From an uncultured archaeon (GTDB taxonomy: Archaea > Asgardarchaeota > Thorarchaeia > Thorarchaeales > Thorarchaeaceae): a DNA stretch of 64,000 nucleotides. Below, in pieces: positions 17,223-26,151 of this stretch. A model generated the notes under the pieces. That model ran no database searches. It had not been told where the DNA came from and saw nothing but the letters and a program-made list of their open reading frames with translations. Positions within the stretch are counted from its first letter, which is position 1. Each line of letters starts with the position of its first letter. The stretch covers positions 2,018 to 66,017 of the forward strand of contig CAZVZC010000005.1 in NCBI GenBank assembly GCA_964631415.1, written 5' to 3'. Position numbers and translations under genes: made by a program.

Positions 17223-18569
17223 TTAAGGATGTCGTTGTAGATGTTTTTCTTGTAAGGTCCGGCTTATCTCGTTTCTTTTGATGATCTCGCGGAACATGTG
17301 AGCGCTCTCGCGGGGCTTGCGCGAGAGAGTCGAATAGTCCACTGCAATCAGTCCAAAGTGACTACTGAACCCCTCAGCCCATTCGAAGTTGTCAGTCAGA
17401 CTCCAGACCAAGTAACCTTGTATGTCCACTCCGTCTTGGATTGCCTGATGGACCTGCTGAAGATGCATCAAGATGTATCTGCAACGAAGTGAGTCGTCGA
17501 GAGCACCAATGCCATTCTCCGTCATGAACAAGGGCTTCTTCCATCTCCCCCAATAGGACTTGATTACATGATAGTAGCCTGCAGGATACACCTCCCAATC
17601 TAGTCCCTCACATCGCTCTAGACTGGGATCCTTTGGCGGCATCTGTCCTGCCTTGAAGTCAAGTTCCGACGAAACACGTATGCGACTGTAGTAGTTCACA
17701 CCGATGAAGTCTGCACTGTTCTCAAGCGGCTCATAATGGCCGCCGTCGCCTGCAGGCTCTGGGACTGTCGCTGTCATGACACCCTTCAGCCACATCTGGT
17801 TGTAGAGCTCGTCTAGGTAGCGAGCCAGTTCAACATCAGCATCGTTATTGGGATTATAGGGCTGAAAGTAAGAAACACTCAACACAGGACCGATTTGAGG
17901 TTGCCGCATGCCCAAGTCGTCATAGACATCACGAATACCAGTTGCAGCCTGTCCATGAGCCATCAGCAGATGTTTCGCTGCAGTGAGAGCTTTGCCATAG
18001 TCCTTTATCTCTGGAGGAAAACCTCCGAACAGATACCCTGAAGCTACAACCACCATGGGCTCGTTTATGATGTTCCATGTCACGTTGTAATCGGATAATG
18101 CAGCAGCAATCTTGCGGCAGTAAGGAGCAAACATCTCCGGACTCTCGGGGTTCAGCCAAGCTCCGGCATCGCGAAACCATATTGGGTTTGTGAAGTGATG
18201 GAGAGTCACCATCGGTCGGATTCCACGATCTACCAGTGCCTTCACTACTGACCGGTAGTGTTCAATCTCACGCTCATTCCATTCTCCACGCTTTGGCTCG
18301 ATTCGGCTCCATTCGACTGAGAGGCGATGAACTTGATGACCCAGTTGTCTTGCGAGGTCGAAGTCCTCCTCATACCGGTTGTAGTGGTCGCAGGCCACAC
18401 TTGAATTGGCACCATCCTTGATCTTCCCTGGTATTTTCTCCCACTCAGACCAATCGTTGTTGTTGCCGCCCTCCGTCTGGTGGGCTGACGCTGCGCTGCC
18501 CCAGAGAAAGCCCTTAGGAAATCTGAGAGTCTTGTACTGCAACGGTCTCACGAGTTGTGACCAAGGCAT
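17223..18569 (-). CDS. GH1 family beta-glucosidase/beta-galactosidase
   Basis: Motifs FLWGSAASAHQTEGG, TLHHFTNP, IINEP (acid/base Glu) and FMTENGIG (nucleophile Glu). Confidence 0.9.
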   Translation of the reverse strand: MPWSQLVRPLQYKTLRFPKGFLWGSAASAHQTEGGNNNDWSEWEKIPGKIKDGANSSVACDHYNRYEEDFDLARQLGHQVHRLSVEWSRIEPKRGEWNEREIEHYRSVVKALVDRGIRPMVTLHHFTNPIWFRDAGAWLNPESPEMFAPYCRKIAAALSDYNVTWNIINEPMVVVASGYLFGGFPPEIKDYGKALTAAKHLLMAHGQAATGIRDVYDDLGMRQPQIGPVLSVSYFQPYNPNNDADVELARYLDELYNQMWLKGVMTATVPEPAGDGGHYEPLENSADFIGVNYYSRIRVSSELDFKAGQMPPKDPSLERCEGLDWEVYPAGYYHVIKSYWGRWKKPLFMTENGIGALDDSLRCRYILMHLQQVHQAIQDGVDIQGYLVWSLTDNFEWAEGFSSHFGLIAVDYSTLSRKPRESAHMFREIIKRNEISRTLQEKHLQRHP

Positions 18570-18669
18570 AACGAAATGATAACTCTATCCCGACATCATT
18601 TGTGCAGAGAGTGTGGTGCGGGAGACGGGACACTCACACGCTCAGAAACTGATACGTGTTTTGAACCCG

Positions 18670-19002
18670 TGAATCCCTACGGAAGCAGATCTTAAGCCTG
18701 CCGCCTTTGACCAGACTTGGCAACTCCCGCATGGGTTGCACATTATTGGTGACCCCTTGGTTTCACCGTAGGGCTCTCCGCGGGTATCGCATGGTCACGA
18801 AGCGTTCTTCAACCTTTGGCCTGTTGATTCTGCGGATTCCCCTAGGAGAACCACCCGTTGCACTCGGACTAGCTTGTGAATGCCATTTAGAGCTGTCTTC
18901 TGACACACTTCAAATCAGTGACTTATGAGTATCCAACTCGGCTTTCACGACCGCAAAGTATGCCTTCTGCGGGAGTTTCAGGTGCGTCCAGCTTCTGTGT
19001 AA
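18670..19002 (-). ncRNA. Structured ~330-nt ncRNA, candidate (atypical) RNase P RNA
   Basis: Minus-strand reading. There is long-range pairing AACTCCC (18972-18978) with GGGAGTT (18722-18728), which would be P2. A hairpin GCAGAAGGCATACTTTGC follows (P3). GAAAGCC (18941-18947) pairs with GGCTT in CAGGCTTAAG (18691-18700), which would be P4. End pairing is ACAGAAGC/GCTTCCGT (P1). RNase-P-like islands are present: GAGTGCAAC, ACAGGCCAAAGG and ACGGTGAAACC..GGGGTCACC. The boundaries are approximate. The order of the S-domain islands and the missing bulged U in P4 are non-canonical. Confidence 0.4.
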
Positions 19003-19049
19003 TGAGCGCATCCAGAATCAGTTTCGAAAACTGCATGCTGTGTGGATGG

Positions 19050-19152
19050 TGGGGCGGACGAGACTTGAACTCGTGACCTACTCGGTGTAAGCGAGTCATC
19101 ATGGCCGATCTAGACCACCCTATAGAGGAGTGGTTGTCTAGACTACCGCCCC
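19050..19152 (-). tRNA. tRNA-Val (anticodon TAC) with a 28-nt intron in the D-loop
   Basis: Minus strand. Acceptor GGGGCGG/CCGCCCC. Anticodon arm ACTCG-CTTACAC-CGAGT. T arm ACGAG-TTCAAGT-CTCGT. The D region is interrupted by intron 19108-19135. The BHB is central helix CTAG:CTAG, bulges AC|A and AT|C, distal helix ACCAC/GTGGT. Splicing yields the D-loop AGACCGGCCA. CCA is encoded. Confidence 0.8.
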
Positions 19153-19175
19153 TATGCGTGAGCCTATCTGTGGAT

Positions 19176-19183
19176 AATAAAAG
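19176..19183 (-). promoter_or_regulatory. TATA-like element CTTTTATT upstream of tRNA-Val
   Basis: On the minus strand, CTTTTATTATCC lies 24-31 nt upstream of the tRNA 5' end (19152). Confidence 0.45.
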
Positions 19184-19189
19184 AGTTGC

Positions 19190-19867
19190 TCAGAGGCGGA
19201 CTGCGGCTAAATGGAATTCCTGCAGTGATTCGTCAAGGACTATTGCTTGCACATCAGTGTAGCCCAACGCAGACACACCTCCGGTCAGAGCCGACACGAT
19301 ATCGGGTTTCGCTCTGGACTTGAATGCCGCGACCAGTCTGCCATTATGCTTCAACAGTCGAGAAAAGCGTTCGATTAAAGATAGAGTCCCTTCCGGATCG
19401 GTTGTCACATCCACAAGCATCACGTCCAGTTCTTCCTCACTGCAGATACTGAGAGGATCCATGTTGAAAGCGTCTGCAATGAGGATGGAGATGCTAGGCC
19501 AAGTCTTAGATAGCTCTGTGAGCGGCTCCAGAAACCTGTTGGAAACCTCGATGCCCTTTGCTACTGCACCCCTTTCAGCTAGGTACCGGAGGAACCCCCC
19601 AGCAGAGCTTCCGATATCGAGAACTAGGTCCCCTGCGGACACGAAACGGCCGCCCAAGAGGGTGTCAAGCCGCTTGAGCTTGTCATAACCGACCGGAGCA
19701 TCTGAGGACTCCATAGAAACAGCTATCGACTCGGTACCGGTCACTTGAGTCGATGACTTGGCGACACGGCCATCAACTGTCACCATACCGTCACGGATAG
19801 CCCGCTTTGCAGCCTGTCGCGAGTGGAATCTGCCTGTTTCCACTAGCCAGACATCAAGTCGAGGCAT
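19190..19867 (-). CDS. TlyA-like rRNA 2'-O-methyltransferase (S4 domain plus FtsJ-like methyltransferase)
   Basis: MPRLDVWLVETGRFHSRQAAKRAIRDGMVTVDGR (S4-like) followed by VLDIGSSAGGFLRYLAERGA (SAM motif). I prefer the ATG at 19867 over the track start at 19897. Confidence 0.75.
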   Translation of the reverse strand: MPRLDVWLVETGRFHSRQAAKRAIRDGMVTVDGRVAKSSTQVTGTESIAVSMESSDAPVGYDKLKRLDTLLGGRFVSAGDLVLDIGSSAGGFLRYLAERGAVAKGIEVSNRFLEPLTELSKTWPSISILIADAFNMDPLSICSEEELDVMLVDVTTDPEGTLSLIERFSRLLKHNGRLVAAFKSRAKPDIVSALTGGVSALGYTDVQAIVLDESLQEFHLAAVRL

Positions 19868-20627
19868 GGTCTTCTCCTCGAATGTTGTTGGGCACAAACA
19901 AGTGAATAGGGACGCCCCTCAGCCGAGGACCAATAGCTGCTACGATACCTGATGCGTGTGTTGACCTCTTGCACATCAGAGAATACTCGAATGGACCCAG
20001 TTGCTCGACTGCAAAGATGTCCTCAAGGTGCCGCGTCTTGGACAGAGCGTGCTCCAGCATCTCTTTCGTGACACCCAATACAATGAGCCGTTCGTGGTCA
20101 TCGGACGTCCAGCTGGTGATTCTTTTCAAAATAAACTCAGTGAATTGTGCCTCGATTGTTGGCTTACCTGCATCCACCTTCGTCACTCTGATCTCCACAG
20201 GGAGATTGTTCACTAGGACGAGTTTGCTGGCGATAGCTCTCACAGACTTGTCGTGCATCTCGAACTGTTCGCGGACATGATACAATGGGACCAATGCATC
20301 TATCGCTTGCGGGACACGAATACCCATATCGACATACAGCCCAAAGCCGACTTTGCCAATGTCGACAAGCCATCCGTACGATACGACCCCGGGACTCAAG
20401 TCTTGGAGCCTCGGTGCAATACCCCATTGCTTGGCAAGAGCATTTGCAGCGAACTCTTCGTCCTCTCCTTCTAGACTCACGGACAGACGTCCAGCTGAAT
20501 CTGTCCGTAGGCTCACAAGCTGGGCATCGAGGCCTGTGATGACGCTCGAGATGCTGGCCTTGACTGTCCGCAGCAACCGCTGTCTGTAGGTGCCATATGT
20601 GTGAACTGACAGATCAAGGTGTTTCAA
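19854..20627 (-). CDS. Conserved archaeal protein, DUF2110-like with an S1/OB-like segment
   Basis: 257 aa. The segment GVVSYGWLVDIGKVGFGLYVDMG resembles an S1-type OB fold. The overall pattern recalls DUF2110, from memory only. Confidence 0.45.
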   Translation of the reverse strand: MKHLDLSVHTYGTYRQRLLRTVKASISSVITGLDAQLVSLRTDSAGRLSVSLEGEDEEFAANALAKQWGIAPRLQDLSPGVVSYGWLVDIGKVGFGLYVDMGIRVPQAIDALVPLYHVREQFEMHDKSVRAIASKLVLVNNLPVEIRVTKVDAGKPTIEAQFTEFILKRITSWTSDDHERLIVLGVTKEMLEHALSKTRHLEDIFAVEQLGPFEYSLMCKRSTHASGIVAAIGPRLRGVPIHLFVPNNIRGEDHAST

Positions 20628-20716
20628 TGATATTCCTCACGGACTGTTATACAAAGGACCTGTGCATAGCACGCCAAACATCGAACTGTGCGGGAACTGT
20701 CAGGACCCTGTGGAGG

Positions 20717-21253
20717 CTATGTGGATGTGCTTGCCTCCAAGTCGGCTTTCAACTCTTCAACGCGTTTTCGAAGGAAGCTGATTGCGCTGGCATTATCAAC
20801 ATACTCGAGTTGTTGATTGCAGACTGGGCAGCGGAAGGATAGGTTCATTGCCTCTTCAAAGGGAACTGGAGAAGAGTCGCGGTTCACGCATGCATATAGG
20901 TCATTGTTAGTTTCATGCTCCAGTCTCTGCTCGAGTAGGTTCAGCACCAGTCGCTTCTTCCGGTTAACAAGCGCTTGCGCCTTTCTCGGATCTATGCGCC
21001 AGTAATACAAGAACCACCCAGTGTTGGTATCACGGATTCTTCGATATGACGCAAGGTGATTGTCGTGCAGCTTGTATAGTATCCTACGTACAACGTTTAG
21101 CTTCAGGTCTGTCTTTGTGGCGATCTCTTCGTCTGTGGTTTCCTCAGTGTTCACAAGGACTGTAGCCACATCCACGCCCTCTTTGCCTGCAATCTCTTCG
21201 ACTACAAGACGAAACAGGTCATGATTTATCGAGTGTGCCATTGAAGCAATCAC
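20717..21253 (-). CDS. tfe: Transcription factor E alpha (TFIIE-alpha homolog)
   Basis: Winged-helix N-terminus (EEIATKTDLKLNVVRRILYKLHDNHLASYRRIRD..TGWFLYYWRID) plus a zinc-ribbon remnant FRCPVCNQQL. Confidence 0.85.
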   Translation of the reverse strand: MIASMAHSINHDLFRLVVEEIAGKEGVDVATVLVNTEETTDEEIATKTDLKLNVVRRILYKLHDNHLASYRRIRDTNTGWFLYYWRIDPRKAQALVNRKKRLVLNLLEQRLEHETNNDLYACVNRDSSPVPFEEAMNLSFRCPVCNQQLEYVDNASAISFLRKRVEELKADLEASTST

Positions 21254-21377
21254 CTAGGTGTGCAGTAGCTGGCTAGTCGGCTGGAGGTACGTGATGTTCA
21301 AAAGAACCATGAACGGAGTTTGTATAGACTATTATACGCTTAGATACTATATATCAGCTTCGCTTGCGCCCGCTACG

Positions 21378-21950
21378 CTAACTTCTGTTCGCCTTTTTCC
21401 GCTTGACCTTGACGACATCTCCCAAGGTAGCACCCCCTTCAGGACGGTCGTGGCCATACGAGCTGGGCGCCGGGCCGATTGGCTCCAAGAGCGAGATGCC
21501 TAGCTCTCTCTCAAGACCTCTGATTGTCTTCTCTACAGGCTTGAGCCTACCAGCTTCGATTCCCTGCAAAGTGGAAATCCGTTCGCCAACTTTCTGAGCG
21601 AGTTGCTCCTGACTGACCTTGGCCTTCTGCCTTGCATCCCTTATGACCCGGGCGTAGTCTTCAACAAGTATCATCTCATCGAGCGTCACAGCTCTTTCTG
21701 GGTGGGGCTTTGGCTTGACGATTGTATGAACCGTGCGTGGCGGTGGACGAATTTGGGGTGATTTCTGCTGTGGGGCACCAGTCCATGAGGTATGTGGGGG
21801 TGTCGATGGTAGTGATTTCTTGCCTGCGGTCACTGACTTGTCGCCGAACCTTTCAGCACACTGAGGACAGAGAATCATCGATGCTCCTTCTATGATCATG
21901 CTCCGGCCTTTTCCCTTCATGCTTCTGCCACAGAGCTCACAGCTCGACAT
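21378..21950 (-). CDS. mbf1: Multiprotein bridging factor 1 (zinc ribbon plus HTH-XRE)
   Basis: MSSCELCGR...CPQCAERFG zinc ribbon and C-terminal HTH IRDARQKAKVSQEQLAQKVGERISTLQGIEAGRLKP. The start is placed at the ATG at 21950. Confidence 0.85.
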   Translation of the reverse strand: MSSCELCGRSMKGKGRSMIIEGASMILCPQCAERFGDKSVTAGKKSLPSTPPHTSWTGAPQQKSPQIRPPPRTVHTIVKPKPHPERAVTLDEMILVEDYARVIRDARQKAKVSQEQLAQKVGERISTLQGIEAGRLKPVEKTIRGLERELGISLLEPIGPAPSSYGHDRPEGGATLGDVVKVKRKKANRS

Positions 21951-22157
21951 GGTAAGTGCCTCTGTCGTGAGTAAAGACTGGTATGCGTTGATAAACATTG
22001 CCGACTAGATATGTCGTTTGAAACCGGACTGACTGTTGCTACACGCCAGTTTGCTGCGACCGGCGCAAAACTGCTCACTGCGAATTCATTAATCCGTTTC
22101 GCGGTCAGCCTAACGCTTAAAACTGTAGTCGTTCACCTGAGCTTGAGGTTGCATTGA

Positions 22158-23360
22158 GTGCCAGGGACTGCAGAGGCCAAGAAGGACGAGAATGTTGATG
22201 ACAGCAGCTATGCGCAGACCTACACGAAGCACCTAGAACGACGCCTACGTGCACTAGAAACTGAGAAACAGATACTCCAGGCCGAACGCAGTCGACTTGA
22301 GAAGGAAACCCAGACACTCAGAACAGAGCTTGAGAAGCTGAGACAGTCCCCTCTGATAACTGCCACCATACTTGAAATGCTGGATGATGGCAGAGCCGTT
22401 GTCAAGAGCTCGACAGGTCCAAACTTCGTCGTGCATGTGGCGTCTTCGCTTCCTAAAGAGAAGATCCAGCCAGGCATTCGTGTCGCACTCAATCAACGGT
22501 CTTTTGCGGTGACCGAAGAACTGCCGCCGCCAAGAGACCCCATGATCAGGGCTATGGAAATAGAGGAGAAACCCACTGTTAGTTACGTTGAGATAGGCGG
22601 GTTGAAAGACCAGCTGAGAGAGATAAGGGAAACCGTTGAGCTGCCTCTGCTGAAACCCGATCTGTTCAAACAGGTGGGCATAGAGCCGCCTCGAGGAGTA
22701 CTACTAACGGGACCGCCCGGTACAGGTAAGACACTTTGCGCGAGAGCAGTTGCGCGGGAAACCAAAGCGGCGTTCATCCGGGTCATTGGTTCGGAACTCG
22801 TTCAGAAGTTCATTGGAGAGGGGGCGCGGCTTGTTCGTGAGATTTTCCTGCTTGCAAAAGAGAGAGCACCATCAATAGTGTTTGTAGATGAGCTGGATGC
22901 AGTCGGTTCGCACAGGCTTGATGTTGCCACGTCGGGTGACAGAGAAGTGCAGCGGACTCTCATGCAGCTTCTCAGTGAGCTAGATGGTTTTGAGAGCCGT
23001 GGACAGGTGGCAGTCCTAGGAGCTACAAACCGTCCTGACATTCTTGACCCTGCACTATTGAGACCGGGACGCTTTGATAGAATCATCGAGTTCCCACTTC
23101 CTGATGACAATGGCAGACTTGAGATACTCAAGATACACACGAGGGGAATGAACCTCGCTCCAAACATTGAATTCGGTCAGCTGGTCCATTCGACACAGGG
23201 GATGACGGGAGCAGACATCAAGGCGATCTGTACAGAGGCAGGGATGTTTGCCATCCGTGATGACAGGGTGTGTGTCACACAAGATGACCTCCGTCGTGCA
23301 GTAGCCAAGCTACAAGGAAGGGCAGGCGGCGACAGGGTTCCAAGTGAGATCTATTGTTAG
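22158..23360 (+). CDS. pan: Proteasome-activating nucleotidase (AAA+ ATPase)
   Basis: N-terminal coiled coil, Walker [10 protein letters not shown], Walker B IVFVDELD and [20 protein letters not shown]. Confidence 0.95.
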   Translation: MPGTAEAKKDENVDDSSYAQTYTKHLERRLRALETEKQILQAERSRLEKETQTLRTELEKLRQSPLITATILEMLDDGRAVVKSSTGPNFVVHVASSLPKEKIQPGIRVALNQRSFAVTEELPPPRDPMIRAMEIEEKPTVSYVEIGGLKDQLREIRETVELPLLKPDLFKQVGIEPPRGVLLTGPPGTGKTLCARAVARETKAAFIRVIGSELVQKFIGEGARLVREIFLLAKERAPSIVFVDELDAVGSHRLDVATSGDREVQRTLMQLLSELDGFESRGQVAVLGATNRPDILDPALLRPGRFDRIIEFPLPDDNGRLEILKIHTRGMNLAPNIEFGQLVHSTQGMTGADIKAICTEAGMFAIRDDRVCVTQDDLRRAVAKLQGRAGGDRVPSEIYC

Positions 23361-23375
23361 TTTCAGAAAGCTCCC

Positions 23376-24212
23376 GTGACGGATATGCAGTACAGGGACT
23401 ACTTGAGGACCAGACTCAAGGGACTGATTCCCGATGGAGTCACACTCCCTCTGGGTTTCAATCTCGTAGGACATGTTGCCCTACTACACCTCGATAGCAG
23501 CGTGTCAGACTACGCTCATCTCATAGGCAGTGCGACGCTAGGCTATGATTGGAGAATAAAGTCGGTCGCTGTCAGATCAGGGCCGACAGAGGGAGTGCTC
23601 CGGATACCGGCCTATGCTCTTGTAGCAGGCGAACCGAATACAGTCACAACACATGTTGAAGGCGGAGTAAAGTACAGGCTCGATCCCCTTGTCGTGACAT
23701 TCTCTGGAGGGAATCGACGTGAGCGAATCCGGTTGCGGTCTGTCGTAGGTCCCGGTGAGATTGTCGTTGATATGTTCGCATGCGTAGGACAGTTTGCATT
23801 GCCGATTGCAGCAGGGAAGAGCTCACAGGTCTTCGCTATTGAGATCAATCCTGTTGCCTATGGATATCTACTCGAAAACATCAGACTGAACAAAGCAGAA
23901 CACAAAGTCGTCGCTCTACTGGGCGATTGCAGAGAGGTACATCCATCAAGGATAGCAGACAGGGTTGTAATGGGTTATCTTCATAACACGCTGCTTTACC
24001 TCCCTGCAGCACTTGAAACACTGTCAGCCAAGGGCGGCATCATTCACATGCACATCGCTGCTCCGACAAGTGAAAGCGCATCTATCGAAAGCAGAATCAG
24101 CTCTGAAGCACGTCACAGCGGATTCATGACACAAACTATTGTGCGCCGAATCAAGACCTATTCACCGGGGGTCAATCACATGGTGTTTGACATCAGAGCG
24201 ACACCTGAATGA
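23376..24212 (+). CDS. Trm5/TYW2 (Taw2) family tRNA methyltransferase / aminocarboxypropyltransferase
   Basis: Met-10+-like pattern with VVDMFACVGQFALPIAA, AIEINP and MGYL. I cannot separate Trm5b from Taw2 by eye. Confidence 0.75.
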   Translation: MTDMQYRDYLRTRLKGLIPDGVTLPLGFNLVGHVALLHLDSSVSDYAHLIGSATLGYDWRIKSVAVRSGPTEGVLRIPAYALVAGEPNTVTTHVEGGVKYRLDPLVVTFSGGNRRERIRLRSVVGPGEIVVDMFACVGQFALPIAAGKSSQVFAIEINPVAYGYLLENIRLNKAEHKVVALLGDCREVHPSRIADRVVMGYLHNTLLYLPAALETLSAKGGIIHMHIAAPTSESASIESRISSEARHSGFMTQTIVRRIKTYSPGVNHMVFDIRATPE

Positions 24213-24321
24213 TCACACTCCGTGTCGAGCGCAATCATTTTATTCGAAACAGGGCATGAACACGGCGCAGCTCTCTGCAAGCTATCTGGTGTCGCGTCGG
24301 AAGTCACCGAAGGTAGATTAC

Positions 24322-24711
24322 ATGGGATTCAGAGGTCTATCACCCAAACAGATATCGCGAATGATGAAGAAGATGGGAATTGAACAGGAGGAATTGACCG
24401 GAGTCAAGGAAGTGGTAATTCGCTTTGCTGACAAGGAGTGGTTCATTCCCGATGCCCATGTATCGATGATTAAGCAGCCAGGTGCCGAGTCGTATCAAGT
24501 ATCAGGAACTAGGAAGGAACGTGCACTGACATCTGACAGTGGGACTAAAGAAGCTGCAAAGGCGACACAGAGGAAGACTGTTGAGATACCAATCCAAGAT
24601 GCTGCACTTGTCGCTAGTCAGACTGGTGTGACTGTTGATGTGGCAATGAGCGTGTTGAAGGAAACAGACGGCGATCTTGCTGCTGCGATACTGAAACTAC
24701 GTCGCAGCTAG
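24322..24711 (+). CDS. nac: Nascent polypeptide-associated complex protein (NAC plus UBA domain)
   Basis: MGFRGLSPKQISRMMKKMGIEQEEL...VVIRFADKEWFIPDAHVSMIK matches the archaeal NAC N-terminus. The C-terminus is UBA-like: IQDAALVASQTGVTVDVAMSVLKETDGDLAAAILKL. The track ORF start at 24139 overlaps the previous gene, so I prefer the ATG at 24322. Confidence 0.85.
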   Translation: MGFRGLSPKQISRMMKKMGIEQEELTGVKEVVIRFADKEWFIPDAHVSMIKQPGAESYQVSGTRKERALTSDSGTKEAAKATQRKTVEIPIQDAALVASQTGVTVDVAMSVLKETDGDLAAAILKLRRS

Positions 24712-24770
24712 GATTCGTGTAGTATTTGTAATACAACGAGAACTCGCCGACCGAAGGTCCAGTACCGGTC

Positions 24771-25361
24771 TTATTTCTTCAGTCGCTCCTTGACCATCTT
24801 GATGCGGTAGAAGTCTTCACGTTCTCGTTCCTCTAAGGCTAGCTTAACGAAGCGTGCAGTGGCATCAAGCCGAGGTATCACAACGGTTTCCAATGCTGAC
24901 ACCCGCCGCTTGGTCCTTTCAATCTCCAGAGCCAGTCGTTTGACGGTAGATTCTATCTCAGCCAGTCGGACTATGGTCCGAAGAGCCTCGCTGAACTTAG
25001 AACTCATAACATCGAGTTTGGCGCTTGAGTCTGGTAGTGAGTAGGCCATCTCGGGGTTTTCTTGCTCGACTGAAAGCACCGGGACACGGACACCCATCAT
25101 GGACCTAGTGGAGATTGTCAATTCAGCACGTACTCCGCTCGCGTACGCGAACTCCACTACCCGTGAGGGCCCCATCAGCATCTTGGCTTGGGTTAGAGCA
25201 GAGAATGCTTCCTTCAGAGTTGTGTCGACCTTCTCCCGAGCCTCTTTGATTTCTGCTATGGCGTTGAAGAATTCCATGATCAGCGAGTCGCGCTTTTCTC
25301 TCAGGAGCTTGTGACCACGCTCTGCAAGAGCCATCCTGTTTTTGAGAGCTAGCAGCTCCAT
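24771..25361 (-). CDS. atpD: A/V-type ATP synthase subunit D
   Basis: MELLALKNRMALAERGHKLLREKRDSLIMEF...ERTKRRVSALE..VIPRL. Homology appears to continue about 10 codons upstream (..KILPGTKTTR), but no ATG, GTG or TTG lies between the in-frame TGA and the ATG at 25361. Confidence 0.9.
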   Translation of the reverse strand: MELLALKNRMALAERGHKLLREKRDSLIMEFFNAIAEIKEAREKVDTTLKEAFSALTQAKMLMGPSRVVEFAYASGVRAELTISTRSMMGVRVPVLSVEQENPEMAYSLPDSSAKLDVMSSKFSEALRTIVRLAEIESTVKRLALEIERTKRRVSALETVVIPRLDATARFVKLALEEREREDFYRIKMVKERLKK

Positions 25362-25481
25362 GCGCGTGGTCTTGGTTCCTGGCAGGATTTTGCTCGTCCT
25401 CGTTCACCTCCGTATTCAGGTGAAAGCTGGAATGGATTGGCTCGAATCGTGTTCCAGTCCTGTCAAAGCCCTTCTGCTCCT

Positions 25482-25760
25482 TCATGCCACAGCAAACGTG
25501 ACAGCACTGATGATGACCCCAGTGAGGCAAAGGAAGAACCACTTCATGAGGTAGCTACCAGCAGCTTTTGGATTATCGTCGATTTGGCCAGTGACAGCCA
25601 GTGTGGACATGGAAATGAACAGGAATGCAAATGGCAGTGCAATTGCCTTGTTAGTGAGTGGGAAATCTTTGATTAGAATGATTCCAACAAGACCTGCGAA
25701 TATCAGAAAAGATAGTATCATCAGCGAGTCCAGCACATGTCGCATTCGCTCTATGTCCAT
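25482..25760 (-). CDS. Hypothetical small membrane protein (3 predicted helices)
   Basis: 92-aa ORF with hydrophobic segments (LMILSFLIFAGLVGIILI, ALPFAFLFISMSTLAV, FFLCLTGVIISAVTFAV). Confidence 0.45.
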   Translation of the reverse strand: MDIERMRHVLDSLMILSFLIFAGLVGIILIKDFPLTNKAIALPFAFLFISMSTLAVTGQIDDNPKAAGSYLMKWFFLCLTGVIISAVTFAVA

Positions 25761-26151
25761 TTTCTCTTTCTCCTGGAACTGGCAGATGATTGGACCCTGA
25801 GGTCCAGTTCTTGAACCTCTCTGTTCCGTTGAAAAAGATTATGGCTGGTCGACCTGTAGACTATCGAGAACCGTGCAAATAGGAGGGAGGCATTTCTGTG
25901 TTGGCCGGTTCATGTTGATACTGAACGTGCCAGTCGTTAGTTAGTCAACCACAAGTTGCATTCCAACTGCACTAAGACCCAAGCATACTGTCTGTTCGAG
26001 GAGTCACAAATCATCTGTTAGTACCTCGTGTTTCATTCAGCACTTCACAGGAAACAGACTACCACACAACTTATATCGACGTGCTGTCTTCTGTGATTGT
26101 ATTACAACCACTACTTGTGATACTGTCACTTGCGGTACCGAGGTATAGAGC

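Noticed and set aside
18575-18652. Possible C/D-box sRNA upstream of the beta-glucosidase gene
   Set aside because: The C box is degenerate (ATGATAA). The C-to-D spacing is ~70 nt, longer than typical archaeal C/D sRNAs. The terminal stem is only 3 bp.
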